A stretch of DNA of 64,000 nt, taken from assembly GCA_964409235.1 (NCBI GenBank), contig CAYPCN010000002.1:6036-70035 (forward strand). Reading direction: 5' to 3'. Shown in pieces: positions 1-9,930 of this stretch; the stretch's first letter is position 1; each line of letters starts with the position of its first letter. Source of the stretch: an uncultured bacterium. Lineage in GTDB: Bacteria; Chlamydiota; Chlamydiia; Chlamydiales; FEN-1388. Under the pieces are notes generated by a model. It was not told the origin of the DNA. It searched no databases and saw only the letters and a list, made by a program, of their open reading frames with translations. The position numbers and the translations under genes are program-made.

Positions 1-3000
1 GATTGCTAGTAGATCTTGCTTTAATCGTTTATATGGACCTTGATCATCAAACGACAAAGGCGAGATCATTAAAAAGTTCTCAATTTCAGCATCACGAACC
101 TCTGTCAGGAACTGACTAGCATCAATCTCATTCTTGCGCGCTTTTTCTTGCGCCTCTCGTATTTTCTGCCGCAAATTCTTTATCTTCTGAGAGATTTCAC
201 CTTGGAGAACATCCTTGACAGCTTGTTTAGATGAAGGAATAAGGGCTACAAGCTTTGTAGACAATTGATCAAAAGTGCCCGCGCTCTCTAAAAATGCCGC
301 CTCTATGCTCTCAAGAGAATTTTGCCCTTCTCTCTTGAATGAGAGCGGGTGGATGATGCCAAAAATTTCACTTTCTGCGATTCTGATCTCTTCAAGAAGT
401 TTCTCCTTGTTTTTACGACGTTTCTCCCCCATATCCTGGGATGGGCTTGCTCCACACTCATCATCTATTTTCTTATGAGCAGCAATGAGGCTCTTCACCC
501 TTTTTTCAAATGCCGCAAAATCCCTGTCAAGCATTGCGTCACTTTTCTTCAACTCTTCCAATCGCTCTTCGGCTTCCTTCAGAACACGATCAAATTTCCC
601 GTCTTCGTCAAAAGCGTTAACAATCTGATCCTGAGAAAGCGGCTTGTGCCGAAGAATATCCTGCCACATTTCGCATGCACCGAAGCGGAGGTCTTCTATT
701 GACTTCTGCAACTTCTCCACAGAAGCTTTGATATTTCCTCGAACTTGGCCTACAAGAGCAAGAGGAGAAGCCTCTCCTGGCTCTTCACGATAAAATGCAC
801 CACTGTTTGCTCTCACCTCCCATATCCCCTCTCGCATCTCCACTGGTATGCGACGACGCATCTCATGCAAGTACGCAAGGGAAAGAAGAAATTGGCGAGC
901 CTGAAGATCTAATGTGCGATGGAACGCCGCTTCTTCTGTTGATTTTGCAGCAGGTAAAATCGACGGAAGGAATAAAAATGAAAGCTCCTCTACAGAAACG
1001 CCATCTCTTTCAATCGATCGAACATAACTCCAAAAATTTTCAAGAAGATCGTTGAGAGGTCGCGGCGATTTGATCAACCGGATCTGCACATGCTCGTCTG
1101 TTGGCTTGGAAACACGGAGCAACGTGAGAAGAAAATCAGGATCTAGATGATCGACAAATCGCATCGGCACATCAACAGCTGGCACCCCTTGGATTCCAAA
1201 AAATTCCGCCATCCCTTTCGGGCTTGAAAGATCTCGGAGGAGCGTATCTCCCACACCACTCAGCTGCGCGCGCTCCTCGCCAGTAAGAAGATACACAGAG
1301 GCATAGACTTTCTGCCGCTGGAACACAGAAAACTCTTCGCTTTTTTCCAAGACAAGATACGCTTCATACATTTTTGTCATTCGCTCTGCTGCAGCAAATC
1401 GCTGCCTCGGCGAACCTACCAGTTCTGAGCGTTGCATTTCTTGCAGCCGGCTGACCTCGAGTAAAAGGCGCAGGTTCATGGCAAGACCAGCAGGGGATTT
1501 CAAGAGGCGAGGGGATAGAGGGAATCCCTCCTGAACTAAAGAAATAATGTGAGAAAGAGCAGCGAGTTGAGCACGATCATCAGAGGGACGATCGCTATGC
1601 AGCGAACGGATCAGTTCTTCTGCCCGTACGTACAGATCACGGGCAACATCAACATTTTTCTCCCCTTCAGCTTGGCACAGGAAGCGATAGGCCATATATA
1701 CTTTTGCAGCAACCGATCCTTTGACAGTCCCATCAGTTTCGATGGTCACAAGCTCTGGTTCTGGAAGGCGCGTTCCCTGTTCTTGCAAAGCTTCTAGAGA
1801 ACCTTCAGCATTCCGAGACTGAGGATATGGCATCATCACAAATTGAAATCCCCCTTCTACTTGAAGAGGGATGACGTACTCGTGCCAGTTCCTCCCGAAA
1901 TTCTGTTCCAATAAAGAACATACCTCTGCCGGAGGAGTTTTCAAACTTCCAATGTCCTGGCCTCGCAGGAAACATTTCCACTGATCGTCACGGCGAGCAA
2001 AGCGAATAGGAGTTCCTTTCACACGAAGCTCTACGGGAGTCTTTTTTTGAGAATCGAGGAGAACGACCACATGTTGGGAAGCAACAGCCTTCAAAGGAGA
2101 TGGTAGATCAAGGGTTTCAGAGCAACTCACAAAGGCACCATCCCATGTTCGAACCGAAACGGGTTGCCTCTTTGTGTCAACATCTATGGGGAGAACCTCT
2201 CCTAGCTTCTCTCCATGACTCTTCATTCCGTGAGGGAAGAGAAACCTCCTGCCATCTTCATCCACCCATATCCCATTGTCCATAATAAGCGCTGCTGCTT
2301 GGTTTGTCACAGCAAGAGAGGGAGGAGGCTCGTAGGTAAAGGTACACTCTTCTTCTGATGCGAGCTGCACGGTCCTCGTAATCTTGACATGCGGAGGCCT
2401 GCCGGAGAGAGTAAATTTTTGGCCTTCATGTTCCCAGGTATAGATGCTCTCCCCACCTTTGCGCTGTACCTGGGCTTTGATTGTGGGTACCTTCAAAGCT
2501 TTTTGAATGTCAGGAAGATCCATCCACTCTCTTGGAATGAGCACAGGTTGTGGAAAGGATCGAGAGCTGCGGGTATCCTCAATCTCCATCGTCGTGAGAT
2601 TGATGCGGAGATGCCCTGTAGGAAGGCGTGCTGAAAAAACAGCCGGAATATCGGAGTTTTTCTCCCAGCGTACGTTCTCGAGAATGGAGCCCGGAGGAGT
2701 TCGGTGCGCAAGCTCCTGGTTGGCAATGTCGGTCAGGAGGGCGTTTCTATCCCCTTCAGCAAGGGCCAAGATCTGTGGAAGAATGGTTTCCTTAACCCAA
2801 CGAAGAATATCAAAAAAACGCTCTGTTCTATTTCCTGGGATCGTTGTATCACAGAGTAGTTGATAGCCACGCATAATGCGGCTGAGTTCTGTTTTCTCGA
2901 GTTTTGTCGTTCCTAGTCGATACGTATCAAGGACCATCGCATACGTATCACGCCGAAATGAGACGTCAGCGATTGCATCAATCGCTGGTTTGCCACGCTC

Positions 3001-6000
3001 TTCTTTGAAAAGGGAGTCCGCCACAGTAACGTCTAATTTTTTCAACATCTCATCGGCTGTGTCTAAGCACTGCTTTACTGATTGAATCTCATGCACCAAG
3101 GGATGCAATGCCATCACTGCATCGATATCATCAGGGTTATACTTATATTCGTTCTGCAAGAACTGGGCCACATACTCACATGCGGATCCGAAAGCTCCAC
3201 CTCGTGACATAGCATAGCGAGGAGAAGCAGATATAACCCCAGAGAAAAGGCCCTGTTCTTGTAATGAAGAATGAACAAAAGCAATGTGAGCCCGCACCTT
3301 GTACAACACTCCTTGTAAAAAAAGCGCAGCCTCAAAGCGTTTTTCTTGAACCGCCTTTGCATACACCCTCGCTATGTCCTCAATGGCCATTTGTACGTTT
3401 TCCGAGCACTCAACAATGGCCTGTTGCAAAAGAAATGGGCCAAACAATGTCTCCTCAATAAACTGTTGCACTCTAGGGTCTTCAAGGTCATATAGATGCC
3501 CCTCGGCCCCAAGAAAGGATAAAGCATTGACAGCCGTTTCTGGAGCATAGGATGTGCGGTCCGACAAGTCCCTTGGGTCATCTGGCGCACGCCGCAGACA
3601 ATACAGCTCTTGCATAACCCCAGAATCGATGCGACGAATGCCCTTTCCTTGTTCTGCCAACATCTCTTCAGTGGCATATTGGCGGTACCGTGAATCAGAA
3701 ACGCGAATTCTTATATCCCTAATAAATATCTCCGACCGCTCTGTAGCAACAACAACAGGAAGAGGGGGAATCCTGGCCCGCATTTTCTGCCGTTCTTCTT
3801 CAGAAGGCCTCTGCAACGGCGTTGTAGGGTGGTATGCAAAGTTAGGGTGTCCAGAGACATGGATCTCAGCTAACTTTTCTCCCTGAGCTCCTGTGATCCA
3901 ATCTGGTCCTGTAGTTGCAAGTTCCAATGATAATTGTTGCTGATTCAACAGGAGCTCTGGGTTAGCAGAAAAATATGGTACCCCAAGAGTGGGCTGTTCT
4001 TCATACAAAGTAAAATCAGGGTCACAACATGATTGATACATCACCCATTCAGATACCATTTGATTATACTTTATATGTGCACGACCGCGCGGTGAAATCT
4101 GTAATGGCGATGCTCTTGAAGAATTGATGGGGGTACGATGCGTCCCACCTTCAACATATTTGGTTGAGAGAGAGCCCTCGTGTTTATAATCTCGAACACA
4201 AAAGCGATACACAGCCGTAAGATCCCGTTCCAGAGTACTATCCCCCGAAATCTGTGTTGTGACATCTTGCGAAAGAGCAATATTAAAAGTGTCAATATCA
4301 ACCGTCACAGTGTCGAGTATCAAGAGATCGATATCGATGTTCTGAGCCATTCCACGAAGTGCAGACTTAGGCGAGAGACTGTTAACAAACGCAGACCATG
4401 AGCTTGAAGAAAATTGTGGATCGTTCTTCCAATCAATAGTGAATGTGCCATCGGACAATGTCGTGACAAAGGGGAAAGAGGAGAGATCTTGGTGTTGCGC
4501 CTTGGCTTCCACAAGAAATGCCTCAAATTTTTTCTTCTCGGCAAGCACATCAGCCCGAACCAAAGCAACACTGATCGCCTGACCCTTTAAGAGTAAAAAG
4601 CGAGCTCTACCAGGCATCTCGGACCGTGCAAGTCTCATCTGCGTTTCCCAGATCAACTGCTGTACCTCATGGATTGACGCTGCAGCAGTGTTCCTATCAT
4701 CAGACCTGAGCTGTACCCATACAGAAAGCTCTCCGAATGCCTCTTCTGTTCCAGGAGGCGGGACCATCTGCAATATTTGCAACGCTTTGTCCTGCACCTC
4801 TTGAAACAGTGCCTTCCGAACGCTGATATCTTTCTCTGCACGAGCTGCCTGCATCAACGTTGTGCACTGTGCAGTCAGTGCAGAAAACGCTCTGACTACT
4901 TCTTGTGGGGTTGTACCATCTCCGACGACCTTCACAGCCCCGCCTTTTGGAAACGCCGAAAGAAGTGGCTCAAAATTGCCTACAAGGCGTTGTACCACCT
5001 CTTTTTGCGGACCCTCTTGTATGCCTTCAGGAACCATCCGCCACTGTTGTCGTTCAAGTTCCTCCACCGTTTCTTGGCTGATTCCATGGCGAAGTTGCAA
5101 CAGAGCATTGATCGCTTCAAACACTTTCCTATGCTTTGCAGACACCACCATTGCCGGATCTTCCATCTCGTGGAACAATGAGACCAGTTTGCCTATGTCT
5201 CTTCCAGACACGCCTGGACATTGAGGGATCAGATGTGGATACAAAATCATCTGCCGAAGAATTGAGCACGCCTTTTCAGGAGCTATGGGAGGACGAACTT
5301 TAACTAACAACCCTGGAAAATCAGGATCCTCTTCCACACACTCTGTAACGGCTGTGTTGACAAAGCCCTGTATCGCGTCTGCATCAGCAAATACATCACC
5401 TCGAGGCTTTTTATCCTCTGGAAGACGTGACAAAAGTGTTTCCGCGCGAGCATGGGCAACTGCAGCATTATGTGCCGCCCTGCTCGCTGGAGAGGTGAGG
5501 CCTTCTAGTTTCTGCTGTTTATCTTTCCACTGCGCAGAAAACTCGCTTGGAACAGATACTATCTCGGCAGTCACTGTTGGCGCAGAACCCTTTTCAGTAG
5601 GAAGTGGAGCCTCTGCAGGTGCGGGGCTGGACGCTACCTTTTTCGAAGGCAATGGTAAAGTAGTCTCCTGTGGACTCACGGCAAAATTGCCAGTAAGCTC
5701 TTGCTCATGAATGCGGATTTTTTCTTTCAATACCGCAACTTTTCTAAAACACTTTTCTTGTATTCGTTGAAATCGCTCCGGATACCTTGTTTGATCAGTC
5801 TCTTTGCCAGTCAGCGCCCACGCAATTTTATCCCCCGCATGGCTCACCATCGCCATCACAGACTCATAGATTTTTAGGGTTTCTTCGTCTGATAGCGCTG
5901 GAGAAATCCGAGCTAATTCTCTTTCCGCCCATTCAACCGTCATCGAAAAGAGGAGCTCTAATTGCTGGTCTTTAGGAAAGTCCTGTTTTGTCTTGCCAAT

Positions 6001-7167
6001 AAGATGCTGAAACCATTTTGACACTCGGCTTGGAGCGGATTCTGGCGCGCTGACGACTTCCGAAACGTTCTGCTTCTGAAGTCCTACGCCGCATCCCTCT
6101 ACAGCAACAAGCACTCCCCCATATCCAACTCCAGCAAATGAAGGTACTTGGTGGGCCGAAGCAGGTTCTGCTTTGTCCTCTTTTTTCTTTTTGCCCTCGC
6201 CCGATATCCCCGCCCCCTTCAATGCGTCCTCCTCAACACGTCGAAAGAGCTCTCTAAATCCCTTGCTTCCTCCTCGAAGGCGAGGCGCCTCTTTGGCTAG
6301 TGTAGGAGGGACAAGAACGTCGAACAATGTCGTGAGGATGGTGCTAATTTGCCCAGCATTAGGACGGGCTGAAAACTTCCATTTCTGAGTGGGGTGTACT
6401 TTCGCCCCAGCCTCGGGCGTATCATTGAAGACCTCTAGATAATATTCATTAGCATCACGGATGAACCGCACCAACAGAGGCTGCAGCACCCCATCGTTAT
6501 TGAGAAATCCGAGAGGGATGGGGCGATCGAGATTATACGTAAAATCACTCGCTATCATCTCTCCCCATTCGTCCGCCAAACCATGCAGTGCTGCAGTGGG
6601 ATTGCGAGAATGCAAGGCACGATCTATGCATGTACCCCAAGTAACAAGCGATTGTGCGCAGCTGACCTTAGAGGAGGTAGAGGATACCCACGACTGGCCA
6701 ACACGAAGGGCTTGTATCAAACTTGAATAATCTTCACGCACCGCTTTTAAAGGGTCTCTGCGCGGCTCGCCAGGAGTCTTCAATGTTTTGGGATAGAACA
6801 ATCTGATAACCGTTTTCCAAAAGGTATGTACTGAAGAAAGAAATCCTCGTTCGAGAACGGTTTCTTTGATAGCACCCCAGCTTTCCGGCGCTGGTGTCCC
6901 TTCCTTTGGTGCTGTTGGTGCTGTTTTGGCCACGTGGAACGAAGTTGTTTTATCAACACGCACGTGAAAGGTATCATCAGAGAGTTGCTTGATCTGCAGC
7001 TTTCGCCGTTTTGTCTCTGGAATCTCTTTTTTGGTAAGGAGCTCTGTGATTTTGGTCACAAGTCCTTGAGGGAGATCTCTTTTGATCTTTTTGCCCTGGC
7101 TGTCTCGTAAGGTGTACTGAAACCCAATTGTCCCTTGCTCAGGTTTGACTTCTGATGATTCACTCAT
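1..7167 (-). CDS. Giant hypothetical protein, first 2389 codons (3' end runs off the window start); candidate secreted effector
   Basis: Own translation. ATG is the complement of 7165-7167 (MSESSEVKPEQGTIGFQYTLRDSQGKKIKRDLPQGLVTKITELLTKKEIPETKRRKLQIKQLSDDTFHV...). I verified 69 codons by hand without a stop. An ORF that long terminating in the window would be in the track, and it is not, so the frame must stay open to position 1 (ends ...KQDLLAI). All listed minus-strand ORFs in 1-7167 are short and in a different frame. No catalytic motif recognised. Confidence 0.8.
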   Translation of the reverse strand, partial: MSESSEVKPEQGTIGFQYTLRDSQGKKIKRDLPQGLVTKITELLTKKEIPETKRRKLQIKQLSDDTFHVRVDKTTSFHVAKTAPTAPKEGTPAPESWGAIKETVLERGFLSSVHTFWKTVIRLFYPKTLKTPGEPRRDPLKAVREDYSSLIQALRVGQSWVSSTSSKVSCAQSLVTWGTCIDRALHSRNPTAALHGLADEWGEMIASDFTYNLDRPIPLGFLNNDGVLQPLLVRFIRDANEYYLEVFNDTPEAGAKVHPTQKWKFSARPNAGQISTILTTLFDVLVPPTLAKEAPRLRGGSKGFRELFRRVEEDALKGAGISGEGKKKKEDKAEPASAHQVPSFAGVGYGGVLVAVEGCGVGLQKQNVSEVVSAPESAPSRVSKWFQHLIGKTKQDFPKDQQLELLFSMTVEWAERELARISPALSDEETLKIYESVMAMVSHAGDKIAWALTGKETDQTRYPERFQRIQEKCFRKVAVLKEKIRIHEQELTGNFAVSPQETTLPLPSKKVASSPAPAEAPLPTEKGSAPTVTAEIVSVPSEFSAQWKDKQQKLEGLTSPASRAAHNAAVAHARAETLLSRLPEDKKPRGDVFADADAIQGFVNTAVTECVEEDPDFPGLLVKVRPPIAPEKACSILRQMILYPHLIPQCPGVSGRDIGKLVSLFHEMEDPAMVVSAKHRKVFEAINALLQLRHGISQETVEELERQQWRMVPEGIQEGPQKEVVQRLVGNFEPLLSAFPKGGAVKVVGDGTTPQEVVRAFSALTAQCTTLMQAARAEKDISVRKALFQEVQDKALQILQMVPPPGTEEAFGELSVWVQLRSDDRNTAAASIHEVQQLIWETQMRLARSEMPGRARFLLLKGQAISVALVRADVLAEKKKFEAFLVEAKAQHQDLSSFPFVTTLSDGTFTIDWKNDPQFSSSSWSAFVNSLSPKSALRGMAQNIDIDLLILDTVTVDIDTFNIALSQDVTTQISGDSTLERDLTAVYRFCVRDYKHEGSLSTKYVEGGTHRTPINSSRASPLQISPRGRAHIKYNQMVSEWVMYQSCCDPDFTLYEEQPTLGVPYFSANPELLLNQQQLSLELATTGPDWITGAQGEKLAEIHVSGHPNFAYHPTTPLQRPSEEERQKMRARIPPLPVVVATERSEIFIRDIRIRVSDSRYRQYATEEMLAEQGKGIRRIDSGVMQELYCLRRAPDDPRDLSDRTSYAPETAVNALSFLGAEGHLYDLEDPRVQQFIEETLFGPFLLQQAIVECSENVQMAIEDIARVYAKAVQEKRFEAALFLQGVLYKVRAHIAFVHSSLQEQGLFSGVISASPRYAMSRGGAFGSACEYVAQFLQNEYKYNPDDIDAVMALHPLVHEIQSVKQCLDTADEMLKKLDVTVADSLFKEERGKPAIDAIADVSFRRDTYAMVLDTYRLGTTKLEKTELSRIMRGYQLLCDTTIPGNRTERFFDILRWVKETILPQILALAEGDRNALLTDIANQELAHRTPPGSILENVRWEKNSDIPAVFSARLPTGHLRINLTTMEIEDTRSSRSFPQPVLIPREWMDLPDIQKALKVPTIKAQVQRKGGESIYTWEHEGQKFTLSGRPPHVKITRTVQLASEEECTFTYEPPPSLAVTNQAAALIMDNGIWVDEDGRRFLFPHGMKSHGEKLGEVLPIDVDTKRQPVSVRTWDGAFVSCSETLDLPSPLKAVASQHVVVLLDSQKKTPVELRVKGTPIRFARRDDQWKCFLRGQDIGSLKTPPAEVCSLLEQNFGRNWHEYVIPLQVEGGFQFVMMPYPQSRNAEGSLEALQEQGTRLPEPELVTIETDGTVKGSVAAKVYMAYRFLCQAEGEKNVDVARDLYVRAEELIRSLHSDRPSDDRAQLAALSHIISLVQEGFPLSPRLLKSPAGLAMNLRLLLEVSRLQEMQRSELVGSPRQRFAAAERMTKMYEAYLVLEKSEEFSVFQRQKVYASVYLLTGEERAQLSGVGDTLLRDLSSPKGMAEFFGIQGVPAVDVPMRFVDHLDPDFLLTLLRVSKPTDEHVQIRLIKSPRPLNDLLENFWSYVRSIERDGVSVEELSFLFLPSILPAAKSTEEAAFHRTLDLQARQFLLSLAYLHEMRRRIPVEMREGIWEVRANSGAFYREEPGEASPLALVGQVRGNIKASVEKLQKSIEDLRFGACEMWQDILRHKPLSQDQIVNAFDEDGKFDRVLKEAEERLEELKKSDAMLDRDFAAFEKRVKSLIAAHKKIDDECGASPSQDMGEKRRKNKEKLLEEIRIAESEIFGIIHPLSFKREGQNSLESIEAAFLESAGTFDQLSTKLVALIPSSKQAVKDVLQGEISQKIKNLRQKIREAQEKARKNEIDASQFLTEVRDAEIENFLMISPLSFDDQGPYKRLKQDLLAI

Positions 7168-7322
7168 AGCGCCAGGCTCCGTATCCATGCACCTAATAAT
7201 CTTTTATACGTCCATACTCTGCTCCATCAAAGGAATCAAGAGTGACAAATCCGTCTGAACACGCCTACATGTTCACAACTCTATCTACGAATCGGGGAGG
7301 AAAGCAGGGAAGTGGAGCAGAT

Positions 7323-7362
7323 GAGTCGCCGTGCCAGCCACTTTTGCGTGAAGGCTAGAGGT
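7323..7362 (-). repeat. Degenerate copy of the dispersed TIR repeat family (left-arm type)
   Basis: GAGTCGCCGTGCCAGCCACTTTTGCGTGAAGGCTAGAGG resembles GAGCCATGTGCGATAAGCCTTTTGAAGGCTAGAGG at 36408. Confidence 0.35.
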
Positions 7363-7389
7363 TTTTCCGTTCTCTAGAATTTTGTACAT

Positions 7390-7398
7390 TGCTATAAT
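7390..7398 (+). promoter_or_regulatory. Possible extended -10 promoter element (TGcTATAAT) for the symporter gene
   Basis: TGCTATAAT lies 157 nt upstream of the ATG at 7555 and sits inside a 7-bp inverted repeat (CATTGCT...AGCAATG). No good -35 element. Confidence 0.3.
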
Positions 7399-7554
7399 GC
7401 TTGTCAGCAATGAGTCTTCCAATGAGAAAAGAGATTTTTTCTTTCTCACATCTGTCCCATCTCCACCATCGACCGTAAGGTCGATATTGTCTGCATTTTA
7501 TTCTCATTTTTTTATTTACATCACAAAAAACGCGAACTCTTGCGTGGAGATGCT

Positions 7555-8880
7555 ATGATTCTCATTCCTTTTATTATCGTGCTGGCCATTTCAATAGGAG
7601 CCAGCCTCTTTGCCTCGAAAAAAGAGGGAGACTTCTTTCTGGCCAGCCGCTCCCTTCGCTGGCCACTGCTGCTTGGAACCTTCGTCGGCACCCAAGTCGG
7701 CGGAGGATTTATTCTTGGAAATACCGATGCTTCATGGAAGCTTGGAATATTTGGCTCATTCTATGGCATCGGCCTTGCCATAGGCATGCTTCTCTTAGGC
7801 CTTGGCTACGGTGCCCGCCTGAGAACGCTCGGGGTGGGGACTCTCCCCAAGCTCCTTGAACAACGCTACCAAAGCCCACTGCTCAAAAAAACCGCCGCTA
7901 TCTTATCCATTCTCTCCCTCAGCGGCATCTTGATGTGCCAAGCAATTGGACTACAAAAGTTTCTCTGCTCCATGGGCTTTGTCAGTCAATGGATCTTCAT
8001 TCTCTCCTGGGGAGCTGTGGTCTTCTACACCACGTGCGGAGGATTGCTCGCTGTCGTATGGACAGATCTCATCCAAGCCTCTATCATGATCATCATGCTG
8101 CTCATCACCTTCTTTTGCACCATCCTGCCACAATGGCCGATGATCTCGGCCCAAATGACAGCACTGGACTATCATCTCGATAGTAGTGTCCTCGCCTCGC
8201 TGATCGTCCCTCTGTGCTTTATCTTCGTCGAGCAAGATATGGCACAGCGGTGCTTTGCCGCTCAAACACCAAAGGATGTCAACAAAGGATGCCTATACAC
8301 AGCCGTGGTCTTGATACTCTTAAGCGCAATCCCAACACTCTGTGGTATCTTGGGGAGAGCCATGGGCCTCTCTCCAGACAACGGCGCTATTTTCATGCAG
8401 GTCATGCGACAAATGGCGAATCCTTTTGTCTTTGTCATGGCCTCATCAGCCGTCCTGCTGGCGATCATCTCAACAGCGTCTGCCATCCTCCTTGCTCTTA
8501 GCTCCAACGCCGCTCAAGATATGACCTCCACCCCAGCAAAGGGGAGAGTGATCACCCTCCTCATCGGCGCTGGTGCCGCTCTCGGTCCATACCTTGGCAA
8601 TGACATCATCTCTTGGATGGTCGGAAGCTATGAAATCTCTGTGGGAGCCCTCTTTGTCCCCATCGTCATCGCTGTATTTGCAAAGAGAGCCACCCTGCCT
8701 ACGCAGGCCGCTTGGAGCTCGGCAGTCCTTGGCGCCCTGGGCACCATCATCTCACACCAGGACTCATCGATCGCCGTGCGCATCCTGGCACCCTTCGTCC
8801 TGTCATCACTTGGCTTCGCCGCTGGATTGTGGATTGCTCGAAGACAGAACAAAATGCAGGCTGCAGCTGCCGTCCCATAA
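7555..8880 (+). CDS. Sodium:solute symporter family (SSF) transporter
   Basis: About 12 hydrophobic segments and Gly-rich helices typical of SSF/PutP/PanF-like permeases. The track start at 7540 is TTG. The ATG at 7555 has GGAGA 5 nt upstream. Confidence 0.7.
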   Translation: MILIPFIIVLAISIGASLFASKKEGDFFLASRSLRWPLLLGTFVGTQVGGGFILGNTDASWKLGIFGSFYGIGLAIGMLLLGLGYGARLRTLGVGTLPKLLEQRYQSPLLKKTAAILSILSLSGILMCQAIGLQKFLCSMGFVSQWIFILSWGAVVFYTTCGGLLAVVWTDLIQASIMIIMLLITFFCTILPQWPMISAQMTALDYHLDSSVLASLIVPLCFIFVEQDMAQRCFAAQTPKDVNKGCLYTAVVLILLSAIPTLCGILGRAMGLSPDNGAIFMQVMRQMANPFVFVMASSAVLLAIISTASAILLALSSNAAQDMTSTPAKGRVITLLIGAGAALGPYLGNDIISWMVGSYEISVGALFVPIVIAVFAKRATLPTQAAWSSAVLGALGTIISHQDSSIAVRILAPFVLSSLGFAAGLWIARRQNKMQAAAAVP

Positions 8881-8909
8881 ACGCTCGCAGTGCCCGGAAA
8901 TTCAGCCGA

Positions 8910-8932
8910 AAAAGGCACATCGCACATGACTC
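8910..8932 (+). repeat. Repeat-family core (right-arm type), solo
   Basis: AAAAGGCACATCGCACATGACTC, compared with AAAAGGCCCATCGCACATGGCTC at 36468. Confidence 0.6.
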
Positions 8933-8945
8933 AAAAATATGAGAT

Positions 8946-8966
8946 AGCCCTCTAAAGAGGGCTTTT
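8946..8966 (+). terminator. Rho-independent terminator after the symporter gene
   Basis: AGCCCTC-TAAA-GAGGGCT forms a 7-bp GC-rich stem followed by TTT. Confidence 0.6.
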
Positions 8967-9096
8967 ACTACAATGTACCATACCGCATGTTGAGCGTTTA
9001 AACACTTGATGTTCAGAAGCTTATGTCAGCCCCACACACATGGCATCTGGCGCGACAGCCGTACCAGAGCCTCATACAGCAAGGACCCACAGCGTG

Positions 9097-9930
9097 ATGT
9101 CGTACGAACTTCTTGACAGTGGTCATGGGCGAAAGCTCGAGCGCTTCGGAGAATTTGTCCTCAGTCGCCCCTGTTCGCAAGCGCTCTGGCAACCAGCGCT
9201 TCCTCAGGACCAATGGACAGCGGCCGACGCCTCGTTCTCGCGAATAGAGAATGAAGGATGGCGATTCGCCCGTTCTCTCCCTGATTCGTGGCAGATTGAG
9301 ATCGACGGGATGATCATGAAGGTTCATCTCACGGACTTCGGCCATGTAGGGTTTTTCCCTGAACAACGCCCCTTGTGGACGACGATTCGTACCTTGGCGA
9401 GCCAGCGGCCGTCACGCATACTCAATCTTTTCGCCTACTCTGGAGGCAGCACCCTCGCCGCAGCATTAGGCGGCGCCACCGTGTGCCATATCGATGCTTC
9501 CAAGGGCATGGTACAATGGGCCCGAGAAAACGCCGCTCTCAACAACCTCTCATCAGCCCCAATACGATGGATCGTTGAAGATGTGATCAAATTTCTGAAA
9601 CGCGAAGAGAGGCGGGGGTCGCTCTATGACGGCATCATCCTCGACCCACCCTCCTTTGGCCGTGGAAGTAAAGGGGAGGTGTTTACAATCGAGGAAGGGA
9701 TTCTCCCTCTCCTATCGCTCTGCCGGTCATGCCTGACCCCCAACCCGCAGTTCATCCTCTTGTCCTGCCATACCCCCGGCTTCACACCCATTACCCTCCA
9801 CCATCTTCTCGAAGACACCTCGTGCGGCCTCACCGGCACCATAGAAGCAGGAGAAATGGTGCTCTCCAATCCCCACAGCGCTGTTAGGGCCGTGCCTAGC
9901 GGAATATACGCTCTATGGAGGTCGGCATGA
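9097..9930 (+). CDS. Class I SAM-dependent RNA methyltransferase (RlmI/RlmK catalytic-domain-like)
   Basis: SAM-binding motif NLFAYSGGSTLAAALGGA..HIDAS and catalytic-loop motif IILDPPSFGRG. N-terminus MSYELLDSGHGRKLERFG is typical of this family. The track start at 9040 is probably too far upstream. Confidence 0.75.
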   Translation: MSYELLDSGHGRKLERFGEFVLSRPCSQALWQPALPQDQWTAADASFSRIENEGWRFARSLPDSWQIEIDGMIMKVHLTDFGHVGFFPEQRPLWTTIRTLASQRPSRILNLFAYSGGSTLAAALGGATVCHIDASKGMVQWARENAALNNLSSAPIRWIVEDVIKFLKREERRGSLYDGIILDPPSFGRGSKGEVFTIEEGILPLLSLCRSCLTPNPQFILLSCHTPGFTPITLHHLLEDTSCGLTGTIEAGEMVLSNPHSAVRAVPSGIYALWRSA

